Positions 14,071 through 30,161 of a stretch of DNA of 64,000 nucleotides are shown here, in pieces. The notes under the pieces were generated by a model that was given only the letters and a program-made list of their open reading frames with translations, ran no database searches and was not told the DNA's origin. Both the position numbers and the translations under genes were made by a program. Position 1 is the stretch's first letter, and every line of letters starts with the position of its first letter. This DNA comes from Octopus sinensis (lineage: Eukaryota), in contig NW_021837027.1 in the NCBI RefSeq assembly GCF_006345805.1, forward strand, positions 1-64,000, in the 5' to 3' direction.

Positions 14071-14150
14071 TCCCTTACAGCTGTTTCAGTTAATGCACAG
14101 TGAATCTAATTGAATATTAAATTCATATGAGCATAATATCTTCAGAGGGA
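14071..14150 (-). ncRNA. Hammerhead ribozyme (type I, PLE-type)
   Basis: Minus strand tccct-CTGAAGA-tattatgc...gcattaact-GAAA-cagctg-TA-aggga. 5-bp stem I, palindromic CAGCTG, GUA site; base of stem II imperfect. Confidence 0.75.
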
Positions 14151-14587
14151 AAGAAAATATACCTTTGGATGTTTTATATGTGTTTATGGATTCATTATAG
14201 CGGACTGAATGATAGTGTTTATGAATTATTTTTTTATATGTTCGGTCGAGGGGTTTGTAGGTTGAGTGGAGATGAGATAGAGTAGGTAAATAGATACATG
14301 TGGAGGCGCATTGTTTAGTGGTTAAGGTGTTACACTCACGATTGCAAGATCGTAGTTTCGAATCCCAGACCGGGCGTTGCGCCGTGTTCTTCATCAAAGA
14401 ACTTCATTTCACGTTGTTCTGCAATCTTTTCGACATCTGACATGTGGCACCTGTCGCACCTGTACAGGTAATGTCGATTTGATGGAGGAAGTGAGTTTAT
14501 GTCTACACAAACATTTGATCACTATAAACAAATCATAAGAAATTGAAGAACCCTCATACGTCGTCTAACGAGAGGAGAGTCCATCAT

Positions 14588-14625
<38 letters not shown>

Positions 14626-15014
14626 TTCTACCAATTACATTTGGGGTTATATTTCAAAAGTCTTCGTTTTGGTGCGCCAAAATACCGGAAATAATTCTGC
14701 AGAAAATATTTTCTCCACAGATTCTCCAAACCACATCATTTCTATTTTTCTTATCTTCCTTGAAGATCTTCGATAACAAAAGTTGTCTGTTTCTTTAAAT
14801 TCTTGCTGTTCAATATCTCCAAATCTCCTGAGTTTTTTCTTCTTTCATTGATCTTTGTAATGTTATTTCTTCGATTCCGTTTCCTTTCCGTCGCGGAGCA
14901 GTGTCACATATTGTGTGTTTGTGTGTCTTTTCTGCATAGGCTGTAGCTTAGATAGTCAAGGTTGGATATGTTCAACTCGTTACAGCACCCACACAGAGAA
15001 TAGCAAATCATAAT

Positions 15015-15081
<67 letters not shown>

Positions 15082-15887
15082 ATTACTACTCTCTAACATG
15101 ATGGTTAGGAAAAACGAGAACGATTTTATAGGTATCAGACTTTAGAATGAGTCCTGGGACTAATTAGATCAACGAAACTCTTCACTGTAGTGCTGCAGCA
15201 TGGCTGCAGTCCAATGATTGAAGCCAGTAAATGAGTGAAGCTTATCTATTATGTTTATATGCAACCATGATTTAACTTGTAAAACTTCATGAAAAAATAA
15301 TCAAAAATGAATAAAATCTTGTTTCGTTATTTTCTGGGCCGCCCTTTAATTAATATTCACAGCTTCCACCCAATTAGTTGCGGATTTCATTAAATTAGAA
15401 AACGCAAAGCAAATCTGTTCGCTGAGGCTTTCAACTCTTTCATTGATATAATTACTTCTAAACCTGTATCAAAATAAACCTATATATGTTCTCATGGATT
15501 AAAACTCGGTCTTTGAGCGACCCATTCCACACAATTAGTTCCAAGAAATCTTTTCCAGGTTCTGATGCTTTTACCTCTCTACCATGACTAAGACCCTTCT
15601 CAAGAATTTAACAGCACTTTCGGTAGTTTCACTGGTTTTCAGCAACACCAACTGCTCTTCCTCCACTCTCACCATAACTTCAATTCCTCCTTCTTTAAAC
15701 TCTTTCCTTGTTAACAATCCAGCTCCCGTCTTTTAGTTTTGTTGTGCTATGCAAAACATATATTTGTGTACATACACATTTATAAATATATCAGCGTATG
15801 TATGTATACACACATATACTTGTATACACACACACACACATATATAATATAAATGATATATATATGTATATAAATATATATATATAT

Positions 15888-16076
15888 ATATTCAACAAAA
15901 TATTAAGGAAAGACCCTTACAGGTCGTTCGACTCACTTGAAAAGAGCAGCCAAAACCGCAAAAATAGTAGTAATTCTGAAAGCTAAAGGAGGAAGAATTA
16001 CTACTATTTTTGCGGTTTGAGTTTTGGCTGCTCTTTTCAAGTGAGTCGAACGACCTGTAATATTTTGTTGAATATA
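15888..16076. repeat. Fold-back inverted repeat (~85-bp arms with indels)
   Basis: ttacaggtcgttcgactcacttgaaaagagcagccaaaa and ccgcaaaaatagtagtaattct are mirrored after a ~15-bp loop; flanked by TA-rich sequence. Confidence 0.8.
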
Positions 16077-16184
16077 TTATATAGTCTGTGACTATTTCTA
16101 TTTTCTCACTTGACCGCTGGTTGCAGAAATTTTTTCTTGAATATTTTCTTGAATTATTTTGCTACCCTATATTGATAAATTATG

Positions 16185-16282
<98 letters not shown>

Positions 16283-17199
16283 ATGTGGGTAGAGGACGTC
16301 ACCAACAGTAAGCAACATAAAATACGAAAACAAATGAGTTTAATACGCAAACAACGAGAGAAACAAATGGAAAAGAGGACAAGTAACACAAAGAACGACC
16401 CTTCATCAGTTGTCAGCTGTCTATCTATTCCTCATTTCGAGCATTGGACGACAATATGAGTCTTCGAAGACAGTTGCTCCCATAAATACCAAAATAAAAT
16501 TTTTGATTTATGGAGGGTCAATGTTGGGAACAAAAACAAGGACAGTGGATACATAGAAGGAAACCGAACAAAACCAAACATGAAGGGTCGTTAGCCCAGA
16601 ACGACGGTAAAATAGAGATACACATATATATATATATATATATCTGTGTATGTACATATTTATATAGTCATGGGATGATTGGATTTTTGATGGCCAGCAT
16701 GGACAATTCTTACTCTGCCTATTGTAAGAACCGCATTGGGCTGTAGGTGCTGGCTGAGGTTGGGTTGTTCTGTCTTTCCTATGTTGTCGAAGGAAATGTA
16801 CTAAATACTCGGTCACGCCGACGACGATACACACATAGATTTGAGTATGTATATATATGTGCAAATGCATAATATATCCCTTTAAATGAAGAACTAGAAG
16901 AATTTGATTTTGTCAGATAATAATTTATCGAAGACCAAATCTTATCTTCCTTCTTACACAATTCTTTAACCCAGTTGAATATTCTTTGGTTTTATTCATT
17001 TTTGAAATCATTGACTTCCTTCTCAGAATTCCTTCTTTCATATCCAAGAACTCGAAGTACATCAAGCCAGAAATGATAACCTGTGCAATAATAATGGGTT
17101 AAAAGACGTCTTGGAGCAACCTTTGACTTTCTTCGTTTCAATGTATTTTTAACTCAATATTCTTCACGCTGGGATTTATAGATTCACGTGCCATCGTTA

Positions 17200-17405
17200 A
17201 AATATTGTATTTGGGGATGGTCATGTTGCCAGTTTAGCCAATAAACACACGCACTATATATTTGGTGTTCATTTGCTTCATTTTTATTTCATATTAATCG
17301 TATTTCGGCCAGAGTTCTTTCGTTACACTTCTGCTTTCTTTTTTTGTGTGTGTTTTTTTTATTGTCTAAACTGGCAACATGGCCATCCCCAAATACAACA
17401 ATATC
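17200..17405. repeat. Inverted repeat (~45-bp arms)
   Basis: ttgtatttggggatggtcatgttgccagtttag is mirrored by ctaaactggcaacatggccatccccaaatacaa. Confidence 0.75.
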
Positions 17406-17827
17406 TGTTTCAACACACAAGTTCACATCAAGAATCTTGCAAAACGAATATATAAACGTTAAAATATGTTTTACTTAATATTTCACGAAGTTCCTAAATT
17501 CTTTTAGTGCTAACAGTGTGTGTGTGTGTGTGCGCGCGCGCGTGAGCGCGCATGTGTGTGTGCGTGTGTGCGCGCGCATACATACATACAGAGTCCACTC
17601 AAAAAATGTATACACACTCCAAGAGAGGAAAGATCTGTATAAATATTTCACATGTATTAGTACCTCTATAAACTTAAATACCTTTTTCGATGTTTTATCA
17701 AATTGCAATAAGACTGAATCAAAATATTCATACAGATTTTTCCTTTCCTGAAGTGTGTCTTCATTTTCTGGCGGATTCTGTAATTGTGTGTGTGTATCAT
17801 CGACAGAATTATATACTCATATTTTCC

Positions 17828-17928
<101 letters not shown>

Positions 17929-17987
17929 GTTTGTGTATAAATGTATGCATATATATGTATAATAACATAACTGTATGTATATATATG

Positions 17988-18028
<41 letters not shown>

Positions 18029-18029
18029 G

Positions 18030-19130
18030 TGAAATAGAAAGATGAATAATCTTGTAGTAGATTAATCAAAAGTTTAACCGATACCTTAGTAGCAAAAATC
18101 ACAGCAGTGTCTCCAACCATTACGCAACTTTTCGGGACGTGAACAAGCGCCAGACCACGGGACTCAGTAAGCTAATATGGCGACTGAAGGATGCGAACTT
18201 AAGCTATAGGCTGGAATGGTCAATTTTGTCGGTGGCCCTCCCATTTGATAGGGGCAGAAGACAGTGCAACCTTTGTGTCTCCGAACTCTTCCATATTTTG
18301 TTTGCCAGAGGCCGGATGGTAAACGGGCTCTTACAGTCGGCTTTTCGATGCCCCCATTGGCGGCGTTACACTCATCTGGCCTTTAAATAGCGTTTATAAA
18401 TAAGACCGGCACCCATAGCCCTTGGTAACAAATTCTGAAATAGCCTTTAAGATATCTACGATTAACCACTGCAAGGGGAATTACTCCTGTAAGACAAACG
18501 GGGCTTGGTTTTTTCACAGCGGGGGGTTTCCTTGACAAGGCAGGCTTAGATGAACACACACACACATAAAACATAATATATATATATAAATTTTTTATTT
18601 TTTTTCTTTCTGCCACCCAACGGTTATCACGGCAGTAGCCACTGACAGCCGAACGATCAAACGCACACACGTACACAAAAATGTTTTCTACCCCTACGCC
18701 AACACACACATATATAGAACAGTATACACACACACACGTCTCTAGGTAGATTTTTTCTCGCCCCTTATAAAACATCCAATATTCCTTAAATAGTCAGAAC
18801 TTTATTCTCGGTCACAAAGAACATCTATACACCCTCACCCACATGATTGACCGATGCCTGACCCGTTGAATTCTTCAGCCACCGGTTCTCAACATACACT
18901 GATAACAGTTTCGCCATGGGCTCTTAGGAGCACAGTTCGATTTGTTTTTTGCTCCGCCTCTGTTCTGTTTTTCCAACGGATTTCCTTTTTTCTTCCTGAA
19001 GAGAAAGACACAATATGGTCCCATTATTCAATCGGATTTTGGTAATTTGTGCCTTTCGAAACACGTGTAGAATGAAATAAAACGTTTTCTGTTCAATCTG
19101 CGTTCAGCTCCATTTCTTCAATTCACCAAT

Positions 19131-19135
<5 letters not shown>
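18030..19135 (+). mobile_element. Penelope-like element 3' fragment: GIY-YIG endonuclease C-terminus + pseudo-LTR with hammerhead
   Basis: ORF 18139-18390 (TGLSKLIWRLKD...WSIL...CNLCVSE...RCPH) resembles the C-terminal part of PLE GIY-YIG domains. Hammerhead at 18993-19072; flanked by (TA)n on both sides. Confidence 0.8.
18993..19072 (+). ncRNA. Hammerhead ribozyme (type I, PLE-type)
   Basis: ttc-CTGAAGA-gaaagacacaa...ttgtgcctttc-GAAA-cacgtg-TA-gaa; all core nucleotides intact. Confidence 0.88.
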
Positions 19136-19173
<38 letters not shown>

Positions 19174-19364
19174 TTAATCAATATAGGGTAGCAAAAAATT
19201 CAATAGAAATTTTTTCGCCACCAGCGGTCTAGTGAGAAAGAGAAAATAGTCAGAGACTATATATATATAAATTCAACAACAATTGAGGAACATATATATT
19301 CGCCATGATAGATCGCTAGCCGCTACACATTCTTTATTTTCTCTCCTTCTTTCCTTCCGTGTTC

Positions 19365-19400
19365 CTTTCTGTGGAAGAGCGTAGGCTCGAAACATTAAAG
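19365..19400 (+). ncRNA. Minimal hammerhead-like motif (variant core) in PLE pseudo-LTR family
   Basis: cttt-CTGTGGA-a-gagc-gtag-gctc-GAAA-catt-aaag; paralogs at 54656 (+) and 60231 (-). Confidence 0.55.
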
Positions 19401-19589
19401 ACTTTTTCACTTCCCGAGCATTAAACTAATACATCTGTTTGTTGTCTACACTACTTGTCTTCGTCTTTTGCTTTTTTGTAAATTCTCCCCTTACACATTT
19501 ATATATATATACATACATATATATGTTATGTATATACATACATACACACACAGACATACATATATGCATACATATTTACATACATATTT

Positions 19590-19666
<77 letters not shown>

Positions 19667-20864
19667 TACATACATACACATGTTTTTTTTTACGTCGAGT
19701 TAAAATAAAAGCAATTTTACATGAAACGGAAGGATTCCTCGTTAGATTTTTGTCGAGTGCGAATTTATTTGTGAAAGTGTGTGTGTTTGTGTGTGTGTGT
19801 CACGTATGTAGGTTCTGTGTATGTTGGTAAAGATTGAACGGAAGCTAGACAGAGTTATATATATAGAGAGAGAGAGAAAGAGAGAGAGAGAGAAGGGAAA
19901 GGAAGAGAGAGACAGAGGGAGGAGGAGGGGAGAGAGAGCGGGAGTGAGAGAAGAGAGGATGAAAGAGCGAGGGAAAAATCAAGTGTGCGCGTGTGTGTAT
20001 GTATAAATTAGGACAACTAAATGAATATGTGAGTGAAGGGGAGTAAAAAAAAAAGCCGGAGGCGTGTCTTTGGTTTAAAAAGAAATTATATCAAAATGAC
20101 TCCCCGCCTCCCAATCTTCAGTGACCACGCCCACTTTGTTTGTTGTCAGTTGACCTTACAGCCACGAGTGACACTGCATAGCAGTTGTTGGCTCATAACA
20201 TTGGAGTGGTGGCGGTGGCGGTGGTGGTGGTGGGGTTGTATAAGTTTATTATAGGAGAGAGAGATAGAGAGAGTGTGTGGTAGTGATGATGGTGGTGGTG
20301 ATGGTGGTGGTGGTAGTGACGGCGGTATTGTTCTTCTTAATAGTGGTGGTCGTAGTATTAGCGGTGGTGGTGGGGGTGGGAGGTGTTGGTTGTCTTTCTT
20401 AAATAGGTGGTGTTAGAGTAGGTGGCGGTGTTGTTTTTGTGGTTGTTGTCAGTAACCGTGGTGGTGGTGGAGGAGGTGTTGCTATGTCACCCATAGCGTT
20501 ACTAATTCGTTTGTTATTGTCCTTTAATTATTTCGCTGTTCCTTCTCTATTACTTTTGTTTGCTTAACGCCATATTATTCTCTGTTTGTCTATTTGACTC
20601 TCTCTCTCTCTCTCTCTCTCTACCTTTCTCTCTCTACCTTTCTATTTATCTTTCTTTCTCTATCTTTCTCTCTCTCTCTACTTTTCTATTTCTCTCTCTC
20701 TCTCTCTACTTTTTTCTCTCTCTTTCTTTCTCTCTCTCACTCTCTCTCAACACCCAACTGTCTTCTTCACCCATTTTATTTTTCTTCGTACGATGGATAA
20801 CTTCATTTTGTTAACTCTTTTTTAATGATATACCTAATTATGTGTGTGTGTGTGTATGTATAAA

Positions 20865-20900
<36 letters not shown>

Positions 20901-23023
20901 TCAACATACACATATATCTATACATACATATATATATATCTATACACACACACACGCACACACACGCATATACACACACACACACCTGTGCGGTGCCAGT
21001 GTGGCAGAAGATGATCTGAGATTCACTGCATCGGTTCCAGTTACATCATCCTTATTGTGACATCTTTTCTCATTATTTCTTTCAGTCGTTAGACTGCGGC
21101 CATGCTGGGGCACCACCTGGAAGAATTTTTAGTCGAATGAATCGATCCCAATATTTATTTTTTTTTTTAAGCCTGATACTAATTCCATTGGTCTCTTTTT
21201 GCCGAACCGCTTGGTTGCAGGGACGTAAACACATCAACACCGGTTGTAAACAAATTTATAGATTTGTTTTTGCCTCTGCAATATATTGTCTATCACCAAC
21301 GGAAAAAGTAAGGAGGGATTGCATTTCCGGAGGATATTTACTGAAATAAGTCTTCCATCAACACCGCCCCCCTCCATCCTTTCCCTTATCTCTGCTTAGC
21401 TGCTAGCACAACAAACCTCCATAACTCCGTTTCGGTTTCAAGTGACACTTGCCGCTCTATTCCAAACTTGTTGCAAGGCGGCCATATTGTTTACTAACAG
21501 GATTAAGCTTGTCCTGGAGGTTTTCTTTTAAGATCCTGCTGTCGTCCAAATGGAACATGTGTCTGGACCACGGAGCCTGCTGTTGTCCAAATGGGGAATA
21601 TGTCTGGACTGCCTAAGATATCGTTGATAAAGGAGAAGTTGCATGCTGGGAATGCTTACTTCTATGAGGAATTAACGGTTGGTTTATGATGTTGCCATCT
21701 GTTGCGATGAATGATCGAAGATATCGGCTGAGTCAGCTTCTTTCAAAAGAATTTGACCTTTGGATTCGAGTGAATTCTTGTGCTGGGCAGAGTGTATCTG
21801 ACCTCATGCCCCAGAATATGTTTTGTGCTCTTGAGATTGATGGCCATCTTGAACCCATTACAAACCGATACGTTAGGGTCTTGCGGGATCAATCCCGTGT
21901 CAGGGAGCTCAGGTGCAGGATTTCTATATAAGAAAACGTTCCAGCAGAGGGACTCACCTTCCTTTCCGTTTTACCATAAGGCAACAACAACAACAGCAAC
22001 AACAGCTACGACAACAGTACCAATAACAACAGCTACCAGAACGTCAGCAATGGTACACACAAAACCAGTAGCACCGACAGTGATAACAAAAACAGCCAAA
22101 TCAACGACAACAACAACAAAAACACAGACAACAACAACAACAACAACAACAACAGCACTGTTTAACTAGTTTCTTTAATCCCATCCGTTGCAATGGTGGA
22201 AATATTTACTCATGTCTTCTTCATTCTCCAGAACCAATTCTTTACGTCTTCGCTCAGATTTCTTTCTCGTTTTTTCTTCCTGTTTTTTTTTTTATTTTTC
22301 CTTTCTTTTTTAAAACTATTTTATCATCTGTAGTTATACGGAATTTTCTGCTATTTATCTCTATTTTGCATAATTTTTTGTAATTGTTTTTGTCAATTTA
22401 TTTTGTTTTATGTTTCTTATTTCCATAATATCTATTAATCTTAGGGCTGTTTATACTTGGAGGAAATCTATTCTCAGGGTGCTGCCGGGCGCCGGTGTTC
22501 TCCATATTTTACACACACACACACACGTACACACACACACAGAAATCACTACAATTGTTACAACGCATCATCATCAGCTGTTAATTGCTGAATGTTACAT
22601 AAATTATACGCAATAGTGCATTAATGTGATTCAACAAAAGCGATATGCACCACACACGCAACCAGAGACAAAACACTGCGGCATCAAATTTAGTCTCTCC
22701 ACAATTTACACCGAAACACTATTTTTTTATTATTTTTCGTCTGATGAAGAGGAACAAAGAAATACAAAGAGACACCAATGAGAAAACAACAAAAACAAAT
22801 TAAAGGAAATGTAAAGAAAAAAGAAAGAAAGAATAAAGAAACGTCGTTTTCATTCGATCTTTAACCACAGAACATTTAAAGATGAGAATGTTAGGAAAGG
22901 ATCCCCTTTAACAGTTGTCCGTCCTTTGGGTCTGTTCTCATTGCGCTTCAAAGAAAACCTGTTTCACTTCTTTAACTCAACATGATACCAAACACTGTCA
23001 GCTTCCAGACTCTTCATTTTAGA

Positions 23024-23095
23024 TCAGTGGTTCCCAGCCTAGGGTCCGCGGATCCCTGGTGGTCCGCAAAGGCAGTACTGGGGGTCCGTGAACTA
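23024..23095 (+). mobile_element. Possible hAT-type DNA transposon terminus
   Basis: cagtggttcccagcct start with repeated ggtccg subterminal motifs; partner end not identified with certainty. Confidence 0.45.
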
Positions 23096-23174
23096 AATTC
23101 AAAACTTTACACACGTATATATGTGTGTGTGTGTGTGTGTGTGCGTGCGTGCGTGTGTGTGTGTGCGTGTGTGT

Positions 23175-23530
23175 GGAGGCGCAATGGCCCAGTGGTTAGG
23201 GCAGCGGACTCGCGGTTGTAGGATCGCGGTTTCGATTCACAGACCGGGCATTTTGAGTGTTTATTGAGCGAAAACACCTTAAAGCTCCACGAGGTTCCAG
23301 CAGGAGGTGGTGGCGAACCCAGCTGTACTCTGCCTTACTGTTTCTCTTGTACCTGTATTTCAAAGAGCCAGTCTTGTACTGTTCTGTGTCACGCTGAATC
23401 TGCCCGAGAACTACGTTAAGGGCACACGTGTCTGTGGAGTGCTCAGCCACTTGCACGGTAATTTCACGAGCAGACTGTTCCATTGATCAGATCAACTGGA
23501 ACCCTCGTCATCGTAACTGACGGAGTGCAA
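23175..23530 (+). mobile_element. tRNA-derived SINE (family A)
   Basis: Paralog of 2269-2650; further decayed copies at ~14301-14580 (+) and ~43990-44320 (-). Confidence 0.8.
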
Positions 23531-23550
23531 CGATATAATATATATATACT

Positions 23551-23952
23551 CTCTTTTACTCTTTTACTTGTTTCAGTCATATGACTGCGGCCATGCTGGA
23601 GCACCGCCTTTAGTCGAGCAAATCGACCCCGGGGACTTATTCTTTGTAAGCCTAGTACTTATTCTATCGGTCTCTTTTGCCGAACCGCTAAGTTACGGGG
23701 ACGTAAACACACCACCATCGGTTGTCAAGTGATGTCGGGGGGGGACAAACACCGACACACAAACACACACACACATACATATATATATACATATATACGA
23801 CAGGCTTCTTTCAGTTTCCGTCTACCAAATCCATTCACAAAGCATTGGTCGACCCGAGGCTATAGCAGAAGACACTTGCCCAAGATGCCACGCAGTGGGA
23901 CTGAACCCAGAACCATGTGGTTGGTTAGCAAGCTACTTACCACACAGCCACC
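23551..23952 (-). mobile_element. tRNA-derived SINE (family B, internal microsatellite)
   Basis: Head tggctgtgtggtaag...ggttcagtccc, internal (TA)/(TG)n, tail ...cagcatggccgcagtc...actgaaacaagtaaaag. More than ten full or partial copies occur in the window. Confidence 0.85.
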
Positions 23953-23987
<35 letters not shown>

Positions 23988-23988
23988 A

Positions 23989-24160
23989 TGAAACCACCTC
24001 AATTCTGGGAAGAGGGTATTTTCAAGTTAAAGGAAAGATGGAGACGCATTGTGAAACAAAATGGTTCATATTTGTTTGATTAAAAATGTAATTGCAAGTA
24101 TTTATTGCCCTTTTTTCTTGCCTTTAAAAATCGGCACGAACTTTCCGGACAACCCAACAT
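23989..24160 (+). mobile_element. mariner transposon 3' remnant
   Basis: KPPQFWEEGIFKLKERWRRIVKQNGSYLFD resembles a mariner transposase C-terminus; followed by the TIR-like end aactttccggacaacccaa. Confidence 0.7.
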
Positions 24161-24181
24161 ATATAGTATATATATATTATA

Positions 24182-24215
<34 letters not shown>

Positions 24216-24253
24216 ATATATTTATATAGATATATATATATAATATATATATA

Positions 24254-24731
24254 GTGACGTATTTTTGCCATTTCAATATGGCTAACCCCTAAGGGTGGAT
24301 GCTGCTGTAGTTTTTAGCCCCAGGAGGACACACTCCTCCAGCTGGCTAGACACACTTTCTGTGTCCTGTCAGTATTTGCAAAGGGAAGTCATCATTCCCG
24401 TCTCAATTTATGATACACGGACTCGAGTTTCGAGGTGTTGACCTCTCGTCAGCGGTGACAATCATAGTTGTCGCCGAGAATTAGATTTCCTTCACAAATA
24501 CTTATACTTTTTCCAGCGTCCACTGTCGCTGATATTGAAAAGTGAAATCAAACAATGATAAATATCAAGTGAGTTATATACAGTAGCGGTACACATCGTG
24601 ACGTATTTTTGCCATTCAATTGGCTAACCCCTAAGGGTGGATGCTACTGTAGTTTTTAGTAGCCCAGGAGGACACACTCCTCCAGCTGGCCATAGACACA
24701 CTTTCTGTTTCTTGTCAGTATTTGCAAAGGA
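24254..24731 (-). mobile_element. Partial-tandem PLE pseudo-LTR / retrozyme-like unit
   Basis: Direct repeats of ~133 bp (24254-24385 and 24598-24731, period ~344 bp) enclose a hammerhead; (TA)n on both sides. Confidence 0.8.
24416..24457 (-). ncRNA. Minimal hammerhead ribozyme
   Basis: Minus strand caccg-CTGACGA-gagg-tcaaca-cctc-GAAA-ctcgag-TC-cgtg; palindromic CTCGAG, GUC site. Confidence 0.85.
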
Positions 24732-24736
24732 AATAT

Positions 24737-24795
<59 letters not shown>

Positions 24796-24904
24796 CTTAC
24801 TTGGAAAAAGATGCGTCGCCGGGAATTGAACACACGTTCGTGAACCGATACCCTCACCACTAAGCCACGCGCTCTCACTATATACACACACGCACACACA
24901 TACC

Positions 24905-24968
<64 letters not shown>

Positions 24969-25626
24969 TGTATATATGTATGTATGTATGTAAAGTTCAA
25001 TTGTCGCTAAGTGTGACTAACGTTGCCGAAACACCTACGTAGCTACATTGCTAGAAATAAGAGTTAAAATACTTTTAATGCTGTAAGAAGAGCGCAAATA
25101 CATACATTTGCTGAGATGGATGGTGACCGATCGATGACCGTGTCGAGGTATAGGCATAGTTTCATCTCTACCGTAGACAGGGTCAGTGGTGACTGCTCAG
25201 ACAGCTCATGGTCGGCCAATTCCGTCGGCCAGCATTTATCTCTATTTACCATAGAAATTCATGGGTGATTTAGAGAAATGCTAATGCGTACGCGGAGAAC
25301 TAATATAAATAGCCAGAATTTGGCAATTAGAATCGTGTGTAAGAAAGAGGAGAAGAGAAAAATCAAGTGAAAAAAGAGAGCTTCTAAGTTATCAATATTT
25401 GTATTTCTTTTCGTTTTTAACTTTCCTGTCTGATGACATGAAGATGCTGACATTTACTGGACTTCAGCTATGGTCATAGACTTCTTTTGATGGCAATTGA
25501 ATGCTTTTTTTTTTCTCTAAGGAACTGGTGCTGTACCTTATCTCGTCTGGTTTTCACATCTACAATGTAATTGCATATCAAATTATTATTACTGAGAATG
25601 TCAGAGTTGGTAGAGTAGCAAATAAC

Positions 25627-25683
<57 letters not shown>

Positions 25684-25684
<1 letters not shown>

Positions 25685-27270
25685 TCCCCAGCTTCTGGTC
25701 GAAATATCTAACAGGAATGCACAAAAAGCTGGCTGAAAACTTTAACAACGTACTAGCAGAGCCAGAGACAATGCCTGAATGGCTCACGAAGGGGAAAACC
25801 ATCTTAATTCCCAAATCAAATGAAACAACAAAACCAGAAAACTACAGACCAATAACCTGCCTCCCTACTATGTTCAAGGCATTTACTGCAGTGATATCGC
25901 AAAGGCTGAACAAGCACCTGGACGAAAACAAACTGTTCCTAGAAGAGCAGAAAGGATGCCGCAAGGGCTCATATGGCTGTAAAGATCAACTAATGATTAA
26001 TAAAGCCGTAATCCTTAACTGAACACGAAATGAACTGACCAAAATAGATAGGAAAACAAGAAAAATACTGACAGGATCTAGGATGCATCACCCAAAATCT
26101 GACATAGAAAGACTATATATACAACGTATAGAAGGTGGTAGAGGCCTTATACAGCTGGAAAACTACTATAAAATAACCACCATAGGACTGCAAAAATACC
26201 TACTTCAGAAGGAAGGAAAACTGATCCAGATAGCAGCAAAACACGAGCAAAACAAAAAACTGTTCTCAGTATTTAAGGAAGCTGACAAATACAAACAAGA
26301 AATCATACCACCTAATAAACACAAAGAAGAAGAAGATGATGAAGAAACAACAAAAGCTATAAAACAAATGAAATCCAAACTAAAAATAGAACAGCAACGA
26401 ACCATGATAAAACGATGGCAAGAAAAGCCCCTTCATGGTAAATACTGCACTAAACTAAACGCAAAAGAAATAGACAAAGAAAAATCCCAGCAATGGTTGA
26501 GAAGCTCAGGACTCAAAGCAGAAACAGAGGGATTTTTAATTGCAGCACAAGACCAAAGCCTCCCCACCAGAAATTACCAAAAACATGTAATGAAAAGAAA
26601 TATTACAAGTAACTGCAGAATGGACAAGAAAGAATAAATCATATCATCTCTAGCTGCCCAGTCTTGGCTAAGAAGGGATATATTCACAGACATGACAGAG
26701 TTGGAACCTACATACATTGGAAGCTATGCCAACATTATGGAATAACAACAGAAAAAAGATGGTATAGGCACACACCAGAAAAGGTCACAGAAAACGAGAA
26801 AGCAACCATACTCTGGGATATGCCGATACGCAAAGATAGAGAAATTAAGGCCAACAGACCAGATATAGTTGTCAGAGATCATGAAGAAAAAAATGCTTTC
26901 TAATTGATGTATCAATACCGGCAGATGACAACGTGTCTCTAAAGAAATGGAGAAACTCTCAAAATACAAAGACCTGAAAATAGAGGTAACTAGAATGTGG
27001 AACCTGAAAACAGAAACAATTCCTATCATAGTAGGTGCATTAGGCATGATAAAAAAATATTCAGACAAATACATAACAAAAACACCAGGACTTACAAACA
27101 CATATAACATACAGAAAATTGCACTACTAGGCACTGCACACATCCTACGCAGAACACTTTCCATACAATAACCATCAGAGTATCACAACAAATCACAGCA
27201 CATACCCAAGGCACACAGAGCTGCGCTCGGTAGTGAAGTGAAAGCACGCTATAAAAATAAAACTACTGAA
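25684..27270 (+). mobile_element. R4/Dong-like non-LTR retrotransposon (RT + REL endonuclease), internally deleted
   Basis: NYRPITCLPT, EEQKGCRKG, GGRGLIQ, ETEGFLIAAQDQ, RHD, NRPDIVV, KLSKYKDL, PIIVGALG. Flanked by (TAA)n, the known Dong target. Confidence 0.9.
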
Positions 27271-27281
27271 TAATAATAATA

Positions 27282-27352
<71 letters not shown>

Positions 27353-27384
27353 TAGTAGTAGTAGTAGTAATAATAATAATAATA

Positions 27385-29305
<1,921 letters not shown>

Positions 29306-30090
29306 TTGAATATTGTGTAGTGGTGTATTGGCAGGATCATTGGTATGCCAGACAAAATGCTTAGTGGCATTTCTTCCGGTTTTATGATCCAGGTTCAGAT
29401 TCCACCAAGGTTGACTTTACCTTTCTTCCTTTCGGCGTCGATGAAATAAAGTACCAGTCAAGCACTGGGGTCGATGTAATTAAGTTTCAGGCCTTGTGCC
29501 TATTGTAGAAAAGATCATTTTGAATAATATTGCCAATATTAGAATACATTATTACTTTAACTATATTGGTGTGAATGGCAGAATTGATTGAATGCATAAA
29601 ACAAAACGCCTTGGGGCATTCAGTTACGTTCCTTTACATTCTCAGTTCAAACCCGACCGAGGTCAGCTTTACTTTCCATCCTCAAGGTATTAACAAAATT
29701 AATACCAGCCTAGTAACTGGGGTCAGTATAATGTGATACCATGAAGGAAAAATTCAATCCTCACGAAGTGTGTGACTAAGGGTGTATTAAGAGTACTTTA
29801 ACTCTTATTTCTAGCAATGGAGGTGCTTCGGCACCCTTAGTTACACTTAGTGGCGATTGAATGTTTCCTTTATCCTATCATATTGCGCCTACACACACAC
29901 ACTCGCGCGCGCGCACACACACACACATACACACGCACACGCGAGCGCGTAGACATATTTAGAAATATAATATGTGTGAGTGTGTATCTGTATATGCAAT
30001 ACATAGATGATATACATATAGAATATATTTATATAGAATATACATTATATAATGTGTGTGTATATACATACACGCCCTCATATATGTTTG

Positions 30091-30161
<71 letters not shown>

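Noticed and set aside
21300-21935. Complex sequence with short ORFs as host exons
   Set aside because: No recognisable domain or consistent splice signals; more likely a decayed TE region that I cannot assign.
22736-22760. ctgatgaagag core fragment
   Set aside because: No downstream stem II partner or valid GAAA/NUH arrangement.
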